A stretch of 64,000 nucleotides of DNA from an uncultured archaeon (GTDB taxonomy: Archaea > Thermoproteota > Nitrososphaeria > Nitrososphaerales > Gagatemarchaeaceae), in contig CAWCYD010000003.1 of NCBI GenBank assembly GCA_963799775.1, positions 640,001 to 704,000 on the forward strand, in the 5' to 3' direction. Made by a program: the position numbers and the translations under genes. Shown here in pieces: positions 26,357 through 38,018 of the stretch (positions are counted from its first letter, which is position 1; every line of letters starts with the position of its first letter). The notes under the pieces are model-generated. The model had not been told where the DNA came from, made no database searches, and saw nothing but the letters and a program-made list of their open reading frames with translations.

Positions 26357-29300
26357 TTGAATATCTTAGGCCGCAGGGCCGGCCCGTTAGTTATTGCAGT
26401 AGTTGCCGTCTTCTTGGCGTTTTCGGCCCTGGGTTATCATGCAGCTTCCGCAACAACAGGAACCACCACGAGTGTTTCATGCACTCCATCAATCACTGTC
26501 GGTAACCCCGCGACGTGCACGGTAACGGTAACACCAAGCTCTGCGGATGCAGCGACCGTCACCATCGCTCAAACAGGAGGAAGCGGGGCCGTGACCGGTT
26601 CGAGCTGCATGACAAGCCCGGCAAACAGTGAGACGTGTACTACAAACCTACCCAGCACCGGTGCAGGAAGCGTTACTGTGACGGCGACCTACCCAGCTGA
26701 TAGTAACTTCATGACGAGCTCCGACCCAACGAGCTTCACAGTGAATCCAGCCCAGAGCAGTGTTTTCGTCAGTTGTGCTCCCTCACCTGTCGTCGTTGGC
26801 ACCTCGACCACGTGCACCGCCACCGTCGGCGGGTATGGTACGCCTTCGGGAACTGTGACTTTCACACAACCGACAGGGACAGGGACCACTTCGCTCGTAG
26901 GTCCGGGCACCACGTGCGCCCTAAGTTCAGGGACTTGCCAGGTCACCGTCTCGACCACCGCGGCAGGGGGAGCCGGCATATTGGCCTCGTATCCGGGTGA
27001 TGGCGTGAACAACAAGGCGGGCTCGGGTTCGACAAACCTCACTATCAACCAAGTCACCAGCACGACGACGGTGGTCTGTGCGCCCTCGACCTTGATAGTC
27101 GGTCAGCCGGCCACGTGCTCGGCGACGGTGAGTGGGTATAATCCTACAGGCATCATCAATTGGCAGTCGACGGACAGAAGCGGCATTTTCTCCGCGAATC
27201 CATGCATGCTCAACTCGGGCTCATGCGGCGTATCGTATACACCCACCTCCTCGGCGACCATAACCGCGAGCTACTCCGGCGACCAGAACAACATCGGCGG
27301 CTTTGGGACGTTTGCGATCTCGACCCACGTCAACGAGCTGATCCAGGTCGTGGTGGCCAACTCCGGGCCACCGACGCCTCTGAGCCTGTCGGGTTGCTTC
27401 GTCTCTCCGAACACCATAGTCGCTAACGGGACCGCCCAGAAAGTGGAAGTGGCCTCGGCCTGCTCTCTCACGGTGACCCTTCCCTCCGCAGGCGTGAGCT
27501 CCCAGTATGTCACTTCTTCGGGGCTCAACGCCCTGACCATCGGCAGCTGCAACACGGCCACCTGCCAGAGCTATTCTGCAATCATATACTACCAGACCCA
27601 GAACACCTACCAGGCCTTCCCGAAGAGTCCTTCCGCATGGGGTTCGCCGGGGACGATAGTCGTCAACGGCACCCAGCTCGGCTCTAGCGGCCAGACAGTC
27701 TGCTCAATCAAGGTCAGCACAGGCGCGGGCGAGTTCTCATGTGAGGGGTGGACAGACTACAACACCCAGGCGCTCATGGGCTTCCTCCAGCTCTCTCAGC
27801 AGCAGAGATGGGCGAGCCCTCAGAGCTCCTTCACCGACACGTCTGGCGGGAATCAGCACCCCGCAAATTACTTCCTGCAGGTCCTGGAGGGCTTCAGCTA
27901 CTCCGTGATTGGCTCGAGCGGCGCCCCATCGTCGCCAACGCTCTCTTTCACTTCATTGGGCTCGCCGAACTCCTCTCCCCTCATCGGATCCGCCACATCC
28001 ATCTGGCTTGACTCTGGCTCGAGTTGGGCGGTCCCCCAAAGCTTGACGGGCTCGTCGAGCACCGAGAGGTGGCAGACGACGGTCACAACGGGAGCAGCGA
28101 CGGCCAACAAGACGGCGACCATCGTCTATTATCACCAGTTCCTGGTCGACTTTGGCTTCTCTATCGTTGGGGGAGGGACGGCCTACGTCTCCCCGCTCGT
28201 GCAGTTCACCTCCTTCGGAGCACCAGCTAGCGGGACTCAGAACTGGGTCGACGCTGGGAGCCCGTTCAACTACACCAACCCTCTCGCGGGTTCCACATCG
28301 GTAGAGAGATGGCTCGCCGCCTCGCCAAAGGGAACGGTGTCATCCTCGACCACCGTCAATCCGACCTATTACCATCAGTTCGCTTTCAACGTGAACTTCA
28401 CGGTGTCAGGGGGAGGCGCCTACAACAACCCGAGGTTCAACTTCACCGCGATGGGAGTCCCCACCCTGCAGCAGCTCAGCTCGACGCAGTCCACCTATTG
28501 GCTGGACGCGACCACGCCCTGGAGCATCAACTCTCTCCTACCGAGTTCGAACTTCTCGGAGCAGTGGATAACGACGCGCGTCTCCTCAGGGACCGCGACC
28601 TCGCCTTTCATCGCGGACTACCTCTACTACCACCAGTATCTGGCGACCATCCATTACAGCATCCTGGGCTCGGGCGGCTCCCCTCCAGTGCCCTCGATGA
28701 ACTTCACTTCAATCAGCAATACCCAGTCGGCGCACCTCAACAAGACCGCGACGACCTATTGGATGGACGCGGGAAGCTCATGGGTCGCGCCGGTCATCCT
28801 TCCCGGGATACATGACGAGCGCTGGCTCTCCAACATGACGGTCGCCGCGCTGGTTGACCAGCCCTTCAGCACCAACGTCCAGTACGCGCACCAGTTCTTC
28901 GTCTCTGTGGAGGTGAGCACGCCCGCGGGAGGCCAGGTCGCGAACACCGACCAGTGGAGGAACCAGGGCGACACCGAGATACTCAACGCGACATCTGCCA
29001 AGTTTTGGAGCTTCGCATACTGGAAGGGCGCCACGCCGTTCTCTTACAACGGGACGATGGCCCTGCCCACTCTGTTGGTCACAGGCACCGCCAACGAGAC
29101 GGCGATCTTCTTCCCTGGCCTGACGATATCAGCAGAGAGCCAGGGCTCAGTTTCCTACTCCTACGGCAAGATAAACGGGACCGTCCCCGCCGGGGCGAGC
29201 ATGACGATCTACCCGCCCCCGGGCAGGAACGTCACCCTCACCGCCATCCCTGACAACGTCGAGATAATGTTCGGGGGATGGACGGGGGTGCTCGCCAACT

Positions 29301-29479
29301 CGCAGCTCCAGTCCTCGGTCGCCATCAGTTCGCCCGGGCTTGTCCACGCCAGCTTCGCCCTGGACTACACCGACATCCGGACCTTCGCCATCGCGACCCT
29401 CGTCATCTTCGTGGCAGGCTGCTACGTCTTCGTCATCAGGCGCGGGTTCGCGCCCAAGATAAGGCCGTCGAAGACCTAG
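26357..29479 (+). CDS. Large secreted surface protein (Ig-like plus YYHQF repeats), related to 9787-13737
   Basis: Signal peptide; SCxPSxxxVGxxxTCTATV Ig-like modules; YYHQ(F/Y), WxDAG, ERW repeats; C-terminal TM. Confidence 0.85.
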   Translation: MNILGRRAGPLVIAVVAVFLAFSALGYHAASATTGTTTSVSCTPSITVGNPATCTVTVTPSSADAATVTIAQTGGSGAVTGSSCMTSPANSETCTTNLPSTGAGSVTVTATYPADSNFMTSSDPTSFTVNPAQSSVFVSCAPSPVVVGTSTTCTATVGGYGTPSGTVTFTQPTGTGTTSLVGPGTTCALSSGTCQVTVSTTAAGGAGILASYPGDGVNNKAGSGSTNLTINQVTSTTTVVCAPSTLIVGQPATCSATVSGYNPTGIINWQSTDRSGIFSANPCMLNSGSCGVSYTPTSSATITASYSGDQNNIGGFGTFAISTHVNELIQVVVANSGPPTPLSLSGCFVSPNTIVANGTAQKVEVASACSLTVTLPSAGVSSQYVTSSGLNALTIGSCNTATCQSYSAIIYYQTQNTYQAFPKSPSAWGSPGTIVVNGTQLGSSGQTVCSIKVSTGAGEFSCEGWTDYNTQALMGFLQLSQQQRWASPQSSFTDTSGGNQHPANYFLQVLEGFSYSVIGSSGAPSSPTLSFTSLGSPNSSPLIGSATSIWLDSGSSWAVPQSLTGSSSTERWQTTVTTGAATANKTATIVYYHQFLVDFGFSIVGGGTAYVSPLVQFTSFGAPASGTQNWVDAGSPFNYTNPLAGSTSVERWLAASPKGTVSSSTTVNPTYYHQFAFNVNFTVSGGGAYNNPRFNFTAMGVPTLQQLSSTQSTYWLDATTPWSINSLLPSSNFSEQWITTRVSSGTATSPFIADYLYYHQYLATIHYSILGSGGSPPVPSMNFTSISNTQSAHLNKTATTYWMDAGSSWVAPVILPGIHDERWLSNMTVAALVDQPFSTNVQYAHQFFVSVEVSTPAGGQVANTDQWRNQGDTEILNATSAKFWSFAYWKGATPFSYNGTMALPTLLVTGTANETAIFFPGLTISAESQGSVSYSYGKINGTVPAGASMTIYPPPGRNVTLTAIPDNVEIMFGGWTGVLANSQLQSSVAISSPGLVHASFALDYTDIRTFAIATLVIFVAGCYVFVIRRGFAPKIRPSKT

Positions 29480-29485
29480 CCGGGC

Positions 29486-29869
29486 TCAGGTCGACTCTGA
29501 GAGCTTCCGCAGCCCTTCCGCCATCTTCGGGTTCGAAGTGTTGTCGCAGCAGAAGGCGAGGATCTTGAGCTGCCTCTTCACCTCGCCGTCCACCTCCGAC
29601 TTTAGCTTCGCGAGCTCGGCCTTCCCCTTGTTGGATATCACGTATCTCCTCACCGTCCCGCCCCTGCTGGGGAGCTCCACTATCAGCGCACCCTTCCGCA
29701 GCTCCTCGAGGAGGAAGTAGATGGAGCCGGGCCCGGGCTTCCAGATGCCGTCGCTCGTCTTTCGTATCTGCTCCTGGAGTTCGGCGCCGGAGAGGGAGGA
29801 TGTCGAGAAGAGCTGGAGCGAGACGAGCTTGAGGAGGCCCTTTGGGGCGCTTATCGTCACGGCGTCCAC
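29486..29869 (-). CDS. PadR-family regulator
   Basis: APKGLLK...WKPGPGSIYFLLEEL...RRYVISNKGK. Confidence 0.85.
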   Translation of the reverse strand: MDAVTISAPKGLLKLVSLQLFSTSSLSGAELQEQIRKTSDGIWKPGPGSIYFLLEELRKGALIVELPSRGGTVRRYVISNKGKAELAKLKSEVDGEVKRQLKILAFCCDNTSNPKMAEGLRKLSEST

Positions 29870-29922
29870 CGGCGCCGAGGTTGGCTTAAATGCTCTGACC
29901 TGGGCCGGGTCGAAGCGCCGGC

Positions 29923-30892
29923 TTGCCCCACCATTGCCTCTCGCACGTCAAGGACATCGACGGCCTCTCATCAGCGGCTCTCGTGCTCGCGGCGAAGGGC
30001 GGGACGTTCAGGCTCACCGACTACGACGAGGTCCATCAAGGAGCTAGACGCCGTGCCGCCGACCGCGACGAGCCTCACGATCTGCGACCTCGGGACGAAC
30101 GCCTCGAACTTCCCTGACTTTGTAGCCCGGCTCAAGGCCCTGGCGTCGAGGATGCCCGTCACCTACATCGACCACCACTACCTCGCAGAGGAGGCCAGGG
30201 CCGAGATCGAGAAGACGGGGGTCGAGCTCAGGCACGACGTCCGCGACTGCGCGTCCACCCTCACCTACCTGACGTACAAGGCCAGCCTCCCGGAGCGGGC
30301 TCGACTGCTGGCCCTCTACGGGGCGGTCACGGACTACATGGACTCGAGCGCGGTCGCTGGCCAGATGATGGAGAGCCAGGACAGGCACTACGTGCTCCTG
30401 GAGGCGACGATGCTCTCCTACGCGCTCGCGAAGAACGGGAAGGACTACTCGTACGCGGACATGCTCGTGCGAGAGCTGGCGGCGATGAAGGCGCCCCACA
30501 CCATAGACGACGTCCCTGCCCAGGCGGTGGCCCAGGCGGAAGTCGTCAGGCAGCTCGCGGAGGAGGTGGGGACGAAGGGGCCCCGCCTGGGGAGGCTCGC
30601 CTACATGAAGACAGAGGAGAGCTCGACGGGCAACGTGGCGAAGCTCCTGCTGGGAGCGTTCGGCGTCCCGGTGGGCGTGGCCTACAAGGTCAAGGCGGAG
30701 GGAAGGGCCGAGTTCAGCTTGCGAAGCACCTCCGAGAGCAAGATCCACCTTGGCAAGGAGATAGGGGTCATAGCGCAGAAGCACGGTGGGAGCGGAGGGG
30801 GGCACGAGAAGGCCGCGGGATGCTCGGTGCCGATCTCTGAGGTGCAGGGCCTCCTGGCCGACCTGGAGTCGCGCCTCCGCGCAGCTTCGTAG
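29923..30892 (+). CDS. DHH/DHHA1 phosphoesterase (frameshift near 30035)
   Basis: SHVKDIDGLSSA, ICDLG, YIDHH, GGGHEKAAG. Confidence 0.88.
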
Positions 30893-30907
30893 CACGATTC
30901 ATTAGCG

Positions 30908-31433
30908 CTAACGGACGCTCGAGATCTCGGGATCCTTGACGGCCGCGTCGGAGGCGTCAGCGAGCTTCCTCAGAAGGGACATCAGCGTCTCGACCTCTTC
31001 TGGCTCCAGCGCTGAGAGCCCCTTCTCGATGAACTGCCTGTGCAGGTCCATGCCCTTATCGTAGGCGTCGTTCCCCTTTGCGGTTATCGCGATCAGGCAC
31101 CTCTCGCCTGTCCTCCTTGCTCCTCACGCGCTCCACCATCCCCCGCTCCTCGAGCTTGTCGACTATCCCGGTTATCGAGGGCTGGGAGAGCAGCGTGGCC
31201 GCGCAGAACCGGTTCATCGGCGAGGAGCCCTCCTCGCGAAGCACCCTGAAGACGCGCAGCTCGGCGGGCGTGAGGTCGAGCCTCAGGAGGTTCTTCTCCG
31301 CCCCGCGCTGGAGCCGCTTCCAGTTGTCGACCATCGAGCGCCAGAGCTCGACCTCGTCGACCGGCGCTGCCCGGGCGCTGCCCGAGGCCTTTGCCTTCCT
31401 GACGACCTGGCTGGAGGAACCCATAGCTCTCAC
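30908..31433 (-). CDS. MarR-family regulator (frameshift near 31097)
   Basis: [34 protein letters not shown]. Confidence 0.88.
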
Positions 31434-33187
31434 TTCTGCCCCTTCTCGTTCGCCGGCGCGTCCATGGGAGATGCGACCGACTTCGCGACTGGGACGACCT
31501 GTGGCTGGGCCTCTCGCGCGGGGATGGCCGCTACGGGCTCGACCTGCTTCCTCTTGCCCATGCCGAACCAGGTGGTGGCCGCCGCGACGTAGGACATCGC
31601 CGAGCCGATGTAGAAGGCGTCGTGAAGCGCGGACATGAAGGCCGGTGCTATCGCGGTGGGGAAGAAGGTGAGGTCGGTCAGGTGGGCCTGCGTCGCTGCC
31701 GGCAGCGAGCTCATGACCGAGGCCGGGATGAGCGCGCCGATTGGGTTGTATCCCAGGAATGCCGCGAAGAGAGCAGAGGTCGGCGGGAGGCCCTTGAACG
31801 CGCTCGCGAGTTGGGGAGCCCCGGCGCTGGTCACTGCCGCCGTGAGCGCGGGTGCTAGGCTCGCCCCGAGCGCCACCAAGACGATCGAGAAGAAGACGGC
31901 GGTGCTCGCGGTCATCCCGGTGTTCTGGACGGTGGCCCTCATGCCCGACGCGGCCCCTCTCGTCTCAGGAGGGACGGAGTTCATTATCGCGACGGTGTTG
32001 GGGCTGGCGAACAGCCCTCCGCCGAGTCCCATGACGAAGATGATTATCGCGAACTGCCAAAAGACAAAGTCGTAGGGGAGCAAGGTGAGAAGGAGCAGGC
32101 AAGTTCCCGAGATGAGCATGCCACCGGTGGCCAACCCTCTCGCCCCCCGCCTATCTGCGAGGCGCCCGCTCAGGGGGCCCATCACGACGAATCCCAAGAG
32201 CATCGGCGTGATGTAGAGCCCGGACCAGAACGGGGTCGACTGGTAGCTGTAGCCGTGGAGAGGGAGCCAGATCCCCTGCAGAAGGATGATCAGCATGATT
32301 TGGGTGCCGCCCCTCCCTATGGAGGCGAGGAAGGATGCGATGTTCCCCGCCCTGAAGGCGGCTATCTTGAAGAGGTCCAGCCTGAACATCGGGCCCTGCA
32401 CCCGGCCTTCTATGAAGAAGAAGCCGGCCAGGAGCGCGACGCCCGCGAGCGTAGCTCCCACGACCCACGGGTCTTCCCAACCGAAGTATGAGCTCCCGTA
32501 TGGCAGCAGCCCGTAGGTCACGGCCACCATTATCAAGGTCAGACCTGCCGCGAATGTGAGATTGCCCCAGAGGTCGATCTTTTGCCTGCGCTCGGGCTTG
32601 CTGACCTCTTTGAGCATCAAGTAGGCCCACGCGGTAGCGAAGACTCCTATAGGGACGTTAACGAGGAAGATGTACCGCCAGTTGATGGACGCAAGCACGC
32701 CTCCGAGGCTGAGCCCCAGCATCGAGCCCGCTATGACAGCGACCATGTTGATACCGAGGGCCTGGCCCCTCTCCTTGACGGGGAAGGCGTCGGTGATGAT
32801 CGCGACGCCGTTGGCGAAGAGGAAGGCCGCCCCCACTCCCTGGATTATCCGGAAGATGATGAGCTCCAGCGCGCCGGTATCCCCTACGTTTGGGGTGAGG
32901 TAACCCAGGATCGATCCTATCGTGAAGATCGCGAACCCGAGAGTATACAGCCGCACCCTTCCGTAGATGTCAGAGAGTCGCCCGAAGGTCACGAGCAGGG
33001 TGGAGGTCACCACGCTGTACCCGAAGAGGATCCACAGCAGGTACTGGAACGATGAAAGCGGGTCGATCTGGAGTCCTCGGAAAATCGCGGGGAGCGAGAT
33101 GAGCACTATCGTCCCGTCCAACGAGGCCATGAGGACGCCTATCGTGGTGTTGGAGAGCGCGATCCACTTGTACTGCAAAGAAAACAC
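31430..33187 (-). CDS. MFS drug-efflux transporter (14-TM DHA2-like)
   Basis: [26 protein letters not shown]. Confidence 0.92.
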   Translation of the reverse strand: MFSLQYKWIALSNTTIGVLMASLDGTIVLISLPAIFRGLQIDPLSSFQYLLWILFGYSVVTSTLLVTFGRLSDIYGRVRLYTLGFAIFTIGSILGYLTPNVGDTGALELIIFRIIQGVGAAFLFANGVAIITDAFPVKERGQALGINMVAVIAGSMLGLSLGGVLASINWRYIFLVNVPIGVFATAWAYLMLKEVSKPERRQKIDLWGNLTFAAGLTLIMVAVTYGLLPYGSSYFGWEDPWVVGATLAGVALLAGFFFIEGRVQGPMFRLDLFKIAAFRAGNIASFLASIGRGGTQIMLIILLQGIWLPLHGYSYQSTPFWSGLYITPMLLGFVVMGPLSGRLADRRGARGLATGGMLISGTCLLLLTLLPYDFVFWQFAIIIFVMGLGGGLFASPNTVAIMNSVPPETRGAASGMRATVQNTGMTASTAVFFSIVLVALGASLAPALTAAVTSAGAPQLASAFKGLPPTSALFAAFLGYNPIGALIPASVMSSLPAATQAHLTDLTFFPTAIAPAFMSALHDAFYIGSAMSYVAAATTWFGMGKRKQVEPVAAIPAREAQPQVVPVAKSVASPMDAPANEKGQK

Positions 33188-33259
33188 TTCGGCCCCGAAC
33201 CATTAGGATATAAACAATTTGGGTCCGAAACAAGGAACCGCAGTCCTGACCAGAAAACA

Positions 33260-33956
33260 CTAGGCCCCGCAGCGCACGACGATGGACCCTCCCATCTGCC
33301 GCTCCGTGATTGCCACGGAGGCAAAGTACCCTGAGAGCAGCTCGACGAGGGACTTGTTGTCGAGGACGAGCCTGTAGGTGTCGCGGAGAGAGCCGAACCT
33401 CAGGCCCCGCCGCCCTCCCGTGAGGAAGCCGATGACGGGCGGGGCCACCGCTATGTAGGCCCCGACGAGGCGCGCCTTGGCTCGCGACGAGGGCTTTCCC
33501 AGGTCGCAAAAGGCGAACCTTCCCCCTTCCCGGATGGATTCCTTGATCTGGACGAGCGCGGTCTTCAGGTCGCCGAGCGTCCCTCAGCGAGAAGCCCGCG
33601 ACCGCTGCGTCGAAGCTACCCGCCCTGAATGGGAGATGCTCGAAGACGCATTGCACCCTGTCGAACCCCCTGGCCTCTGCCAGCATCTTCCTTGACGCGT
33701 CGGCCAGCACGGGCGAGCCCCCCTCGGCCTCGACCACCCGGGAGAGCGTCCCAGGCCCTGCGCCGAGGTCCAGCACGAGCGCCCCCTTTCCGTCGGCTCC
33801 GACCGCGTACGAGGCCACGTCCTTCCTCATCTCCTTGTCCGAGAAGAGGGAGATCCTGCTGGACCCCTTCTCGTAGATCGGGATGAGGGACTCCAGGGAG
33901 TCGACGACCCCCCTCCACTTTGAGTGAAGGCCCGGACCTTCACTCGAGTCTGTCAA
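33260..33956 (-). CDS. Class I SAM-dependent methyltransferase, UbiE-like (frameshift near 33580)
   Basis: VLDLGAGPG, HLPFRAGSFDAAVAGFSLRD. Confidence 0.8.
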
Positions 33957-34814
33957 AGCGCTTCATCGCCTTTGGGAGGCAGGCCACCACGTCGGCCGCG
34001 ACGAGGTGCATGCCCAGCTCCTTGACCGCCTCCGCCCCCGCGAGGCCGTTGAGGTAGGCGGCGCAGCACGCGGCCTCGAATCGTCCCATCCCCTTCGCTG
34101 CGAGCCCGGCGACCACCCCGGTGAGCACGTCCCCAGTCCCGCCCACTGTCATCGCCGGCGAGTGAGTGTTGTTCAGGCCCACCGCCTTCCCGTCGCTGAT
34201 GACGTCCGTCGGCCCCTTTAGGAGGACGACGACGTTGTGCGTCGACGAGACCTTCTTCACGAGGGCCACCCTCTCGTCGAGCGCCTCAGGGACCTTCTCC
34301 CCGAAGAGCCTCTCGAACTCCTTCGCGTGCGGCGTGACTATCATCTTCTCTCTCTGCTCAGGCGGTGCCTCGAGTATCACGGGCCTCAGCGCGTCTGCGT
34401 CCAACACCATCGTCTTGCACTTTGCCGAGAGGGTCGAGACGGCCAGCTTCAGCTCCCTCGGGTTCTGGGGCCCAGGCCGGGCCCTATCGCGATGCAGTCG
34501 AGCTCCGGGAGCCAGCCCGCCAGCCGGGTGGCGTTCCCCCGGGTCAGCTTGCTGTCCGGGAGGGGGAAGACTATGAGGTCCGGTGAGAGCGACCTGACGG
34601 GGCCTGCCACCACCGCGGGGACGGCGAGATAGACGAGGTCGACGCCGCTGCGGGCGGCGCCCATCGCCGCGTGGAAGGGAGCGCCGTGGTAGACCCTGCT
34701 GCCGCCCACCACGCAGACGACCCCGTTCATCCCCTTGTGCGAGCTCCTCTTCCGCGCGGGTATCCTGCTCTTCACATAATCCTCGTCGACCTCGAATGTG
34801 GGAAGAGGCTCCAT
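33940..34814 (-). CDS. nnrD: ADP-dependent NAD(P)H-hydrate dehydratase (frameshift near 34465)
   Basis: SHKGMNG.VVGGS..YHGAP, IGPGLG, VLDADAL, TPHAKEF, GGTGDVLTG. Confidence 0.9.
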
Positions 34815-34829
34815 CGCCGTCGATGCTCC

Positions 34830-35573
34830 TCAGAAAGAGTAAGCTTGCTTCTTCGGGGGTTCCAGGGTGACCAGCGTCTCTATCGGGCAGTTGAGCTTCA
34901 TCCTCTCCTTCAGCTTCGGGAGGGACTGCTCCATGGACGCTATCGTGAAGATCCCCACGGGGCGCGCCCTCGCCTTCTCGGCGAGCCTCACCAGCGCGTC
35001 GAGGGTGACCCCGGAACGGATGAGGTCGTCGACTATCAGGACGTGCTCCCCCTTCTTCAGGGAGCTCTTCGGGAGGTAGAGATACTTCACAGAGTCCGGG
35101 GAATAGACCATCCGGTGCTCGTAGAACTCCTCCGCCGCGAGGTCGCGCTCGGTCTTTGCGATGGCGACGCTCACGTTGAACTCGTCGGCTATCTCGACCG
35201 CCAGGGGCACGCCGTCCACCTCCATGGTGAGCACCTTCTGCACGTGGGACGGCTCGAACTCGCTGTAGACCACTTTCGCTATCTGCTTCAGGAGGCCCAC
35301 GTCGAGGACCACCTTCGTGAGGTCGTACACGCCTTCGCCTGTCGTCCTGATGTTGTCGGAGACCATCTTCTTGAGCAGCCTCTCCCTGAAGACGGCGACG
35401 AACTTGTCGGAGCGAGCGGGACTGGGGAGGACGTGCCCCCTCACATACCTGCTCAGGATGGGAGCCGAGAGGCCCAGTATCGACGAGAGCTCCTTGTAGC
35501 TGTAGCTCTTCTTGAGGGTGGAAAGGAGCTCGACCGAGGAGATCCTTGACTTGACCTCAGCCACGCGGCTCAA
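34830..35573 (-). CDS. HTH plus phosphoribosyltransferase-domain protein
   Basis: N-terminal HTH (LSAPILSRYVRGHVLP); PRT motif VLIVDDLIRSGVT. Confidence 0.85.
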   Translation of the reverse strand: MSRVAEVKSRISSVELLSTLKKSYSYKELSSILGLSAPILSRYVRGHVLPSPARSDKFVAVFRERLLKKMVSDNIRTTGEGVYDLTKVVLDVGLLKQIAKVVYSEFEPSHVQKVLTMEVDGVPLAVEIADEFNVSVAIAKTERDLAAEEFYEHRMVYSPDSVKYLYLPKSSLKKGEHVLIVDDLIRSGVTLDALVRLAEKARARPVGIFTIASMEQSLPKLKERMKLNCPIETLVTLEPPKKQAYSF

Positions 35574-35658
35574 TGATTTCTAGACTTGGGTGCGCGGCGG
35601 TGTAGAAAAACCTTCGCCATTCCGTTGGGGATTAACACGTCCGTGAACACGCGCGCGC

Positions 35659-37491
35659 TCAGTGGCCCAGGATTACGCGGAGCTGCGTCGGGAGGAAGCT
35701 CTTGTCTGGGTAGAAGATGAAGAACCAGAGGAAGACCCCCGCGAGGACGATGTAGGCTATCGGGGTGGGGAACCACTTTCTGCTCAAGAAGTAGGCGGCC
35801 CCGATGGAGAGCGCCGGCACGGCCTCGATGAAGTAGTAGGGGTAGGTCACCCGGCCGTAGAGGAAGAGGAAGACGTAGCCGAAGAAGACGAAGATGACCC
35901 AGAGGAGGGCGAGCTTCGCGACCTCGAAGTCCATGGCCTCGGACACGCTCGCAAGGGTGGACCTTCTTGCCCTTCCGCCAGACGTAGAAAGTGTAGGCCC
36001 CCCAGAAGTAGAGGAGCCAGACCTCGAACTGGTTCGTGATGCCGTAGTAGCCCACGGCGATGTAGTGGTAGCTGCTCGAGGGGCTGGTCACGTTGACGTT
36101 GGTCACGAGGTACCCGACGGGTGAGTAGTAGGTCACCCAGTTGAGGGGCGTTATCGGCGTCTTGAGGACGCTGTCAATCCACCCTTGGCTGGTCGCCGTC
36201 ATGACGAGCCCGCCGCCATACTTCAGGATGAAGTCGATCTGGCCGAGGAAGTTCGTCGCGGTCCCGGCGCCGAAGAGGGTGTCGTAGGTCTCCAGCCCGA
36301 CGGCGAAGACGAGGAAGACCCAGAGGCACAGGAGGAGCGTCGAGACCCCGATCTGCCTCCGCGTCCCCTGGCCGAAGATCAGGTGGTAGAAGACGAGGAC
36401 CAGGAAGAGGAACACGGCCGTCTCCTTGCACAGCGCCGCCAGCCCCAGGGATATCCCGGCGAGCGCGATGTTGTCGAGCTTCCACCAGCGGACCTTCGCG
36501 AAGTAGAAGAAGAAGCCCAGGAGCCCGAAGAATATGGCGCCGACGTCGATCACGGCGATGCTCGAGTGGACGAAGAAGAGCGTCTCAAACGCGAGCAAAA
36601 AGGCCGCGTAGATGGAGAGCCGCTCGTTCTTGGTTATCACCCAGCATATCCCGAAGAGGAGGGGGACGCTGAACGTCCCGAGTATGACGTTGAATATCCT
36701 CCAGCCGAAGGTGTCGTTCCCGAAGACCGCGATCCCCGCGGCGATGAACGCCTTTGAGAGGAAGGGGTGCTCGAGGTTGCAGTTGTCCTGGTATGGGGCG
36801 CACTTCTCCCCTGAGAGGAGGGTCTGGGCCGCAGGGACGTAGTATACCTCGTCCATTACGCAGCCGTCTACCTGCTTGTCTGTGGCATAGCACGTGAGGT
36901 CTTCGTAGCTCAGCGTAACCGGCCCCGAGGGCGCCGATTGGAGCGTCCAGGCCCCGTATCGCTTCCCCCTGGCTGAAGGGCCGACTCCGGAGTCACAAGA
37001 TGAGCGAATCCGGAATCTGGCAAGACCGTGTTGCCGACGGCAACAGAGAGCGAACCGATGGCGTCGGTCCCATAGTCGGAGACGACGACATTCAAGGTCG
37101 AGCCGCTGTATTCGGGAGACAGCATGACCAGACCGTCTTTCACCGTATCCCCGACAGGCCCTTGAAGGGTTGCTGTCTTTCCGAGCGCGGGCGTGTTTAT
37201 CGTCCAAAGATGTGCGCCCAGCAGGCCCAGGACTATCAGCGCGAGGATGAGGATGGTGTTCTGCCTCTGAGGGTAGAGGAGCAGGGCGTAGACCAACCCC
37301 CAGGTCATTGAGAGGCCCGAGGCCCCCCCGAGGATGTAGGTCATCGGCGCGAGCACGGCCGTAGAGACGCTCGCGGGCGAGTGGGCGTGTAGGACCACCA
37401 CCGCGAGCATCGCGAACAGGTCGATGAACGCGATGGCTGCCAGAAAGAGGACTACAAATCGCAGCGCGAGGTAGCGCTGAGGGGCGCTCAC
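35659..37491 (-). CDS. Dolichyl-phosphate-mannose-protein mannosyltransferase-like (GT39/PMT), frameshifted
   Basis: MDEVYYVPAA, NLEHPFLSK, FGWRIFNVILG; split over three ORFs. Confidence 0.8.
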
Positions 37492-37600
37492 ATTCGAAAG
37501 GCCCTCGAAGGGTCGTTATAGCGGTTGCGAGAATCGCGCCTGCTGAGAAACCGAAAAAATTCCTAAATACCCTGATAGGGGGTCAGGCACGAAAAATAGT

Positions 37601-38017
37601 TTGTCTATAGTCTTTAGAAAGTTCGGGGATGAGCTGAACGGCTTTGTCGGGAGGACCGTCGTTGTGCTGACCGCTGATTCCAAGGAGTACACGGGGACGC
37701 TTGTGGGGGTCGACGACAAGCTCAACCTGGTGCTGGACAAGGTCTCTGGCGCAGGCCCTAACGTGTTCAAGTTGGCCATGAACGGGTCGAGCGTCCGCGA
37801 GATCCGCCTCGCGGAGAAGCCCTTCGACTTCAAGGCGCTGGGCGAGAGGCTGAACAGGGTGTTCCCAGGGTTCGTCGTGGTGAGGGAGGACGTCGGCGCC
37901 GTGATCGTCATGGAGAAGATCAAGGTCACCGACAAGGGCGTGACCGAGGGAACGGGCCTCGCGGCCGACAAGGTGAAGGCTATCTTCGACGACTATCTCC
38001 GCGAGCAGAAAAAGTAG
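37601..38017 (+). CDS. Lsm/Sm-like RNA-binding protein with C-terminal domain (SmAP3-type)
   Basis: YTGTLVGVDDKLNLVL Sm1 motif plus Lsm_C extension. Confidence 0.88.
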   Translation: MSIVFRKFGDELNGFVGRTVVVLTADSKEYTGTLVGVDDKLNLVLDKVSGAGPNVFKLAMNGSSVREIRLAEKPFDFKALGERLNRVFPGFVVVREDVGAVIVMEKIKVTDKGVTEGTGLAADKVKAIFDDYLREQKK

Positions 38018-38018
38018 C

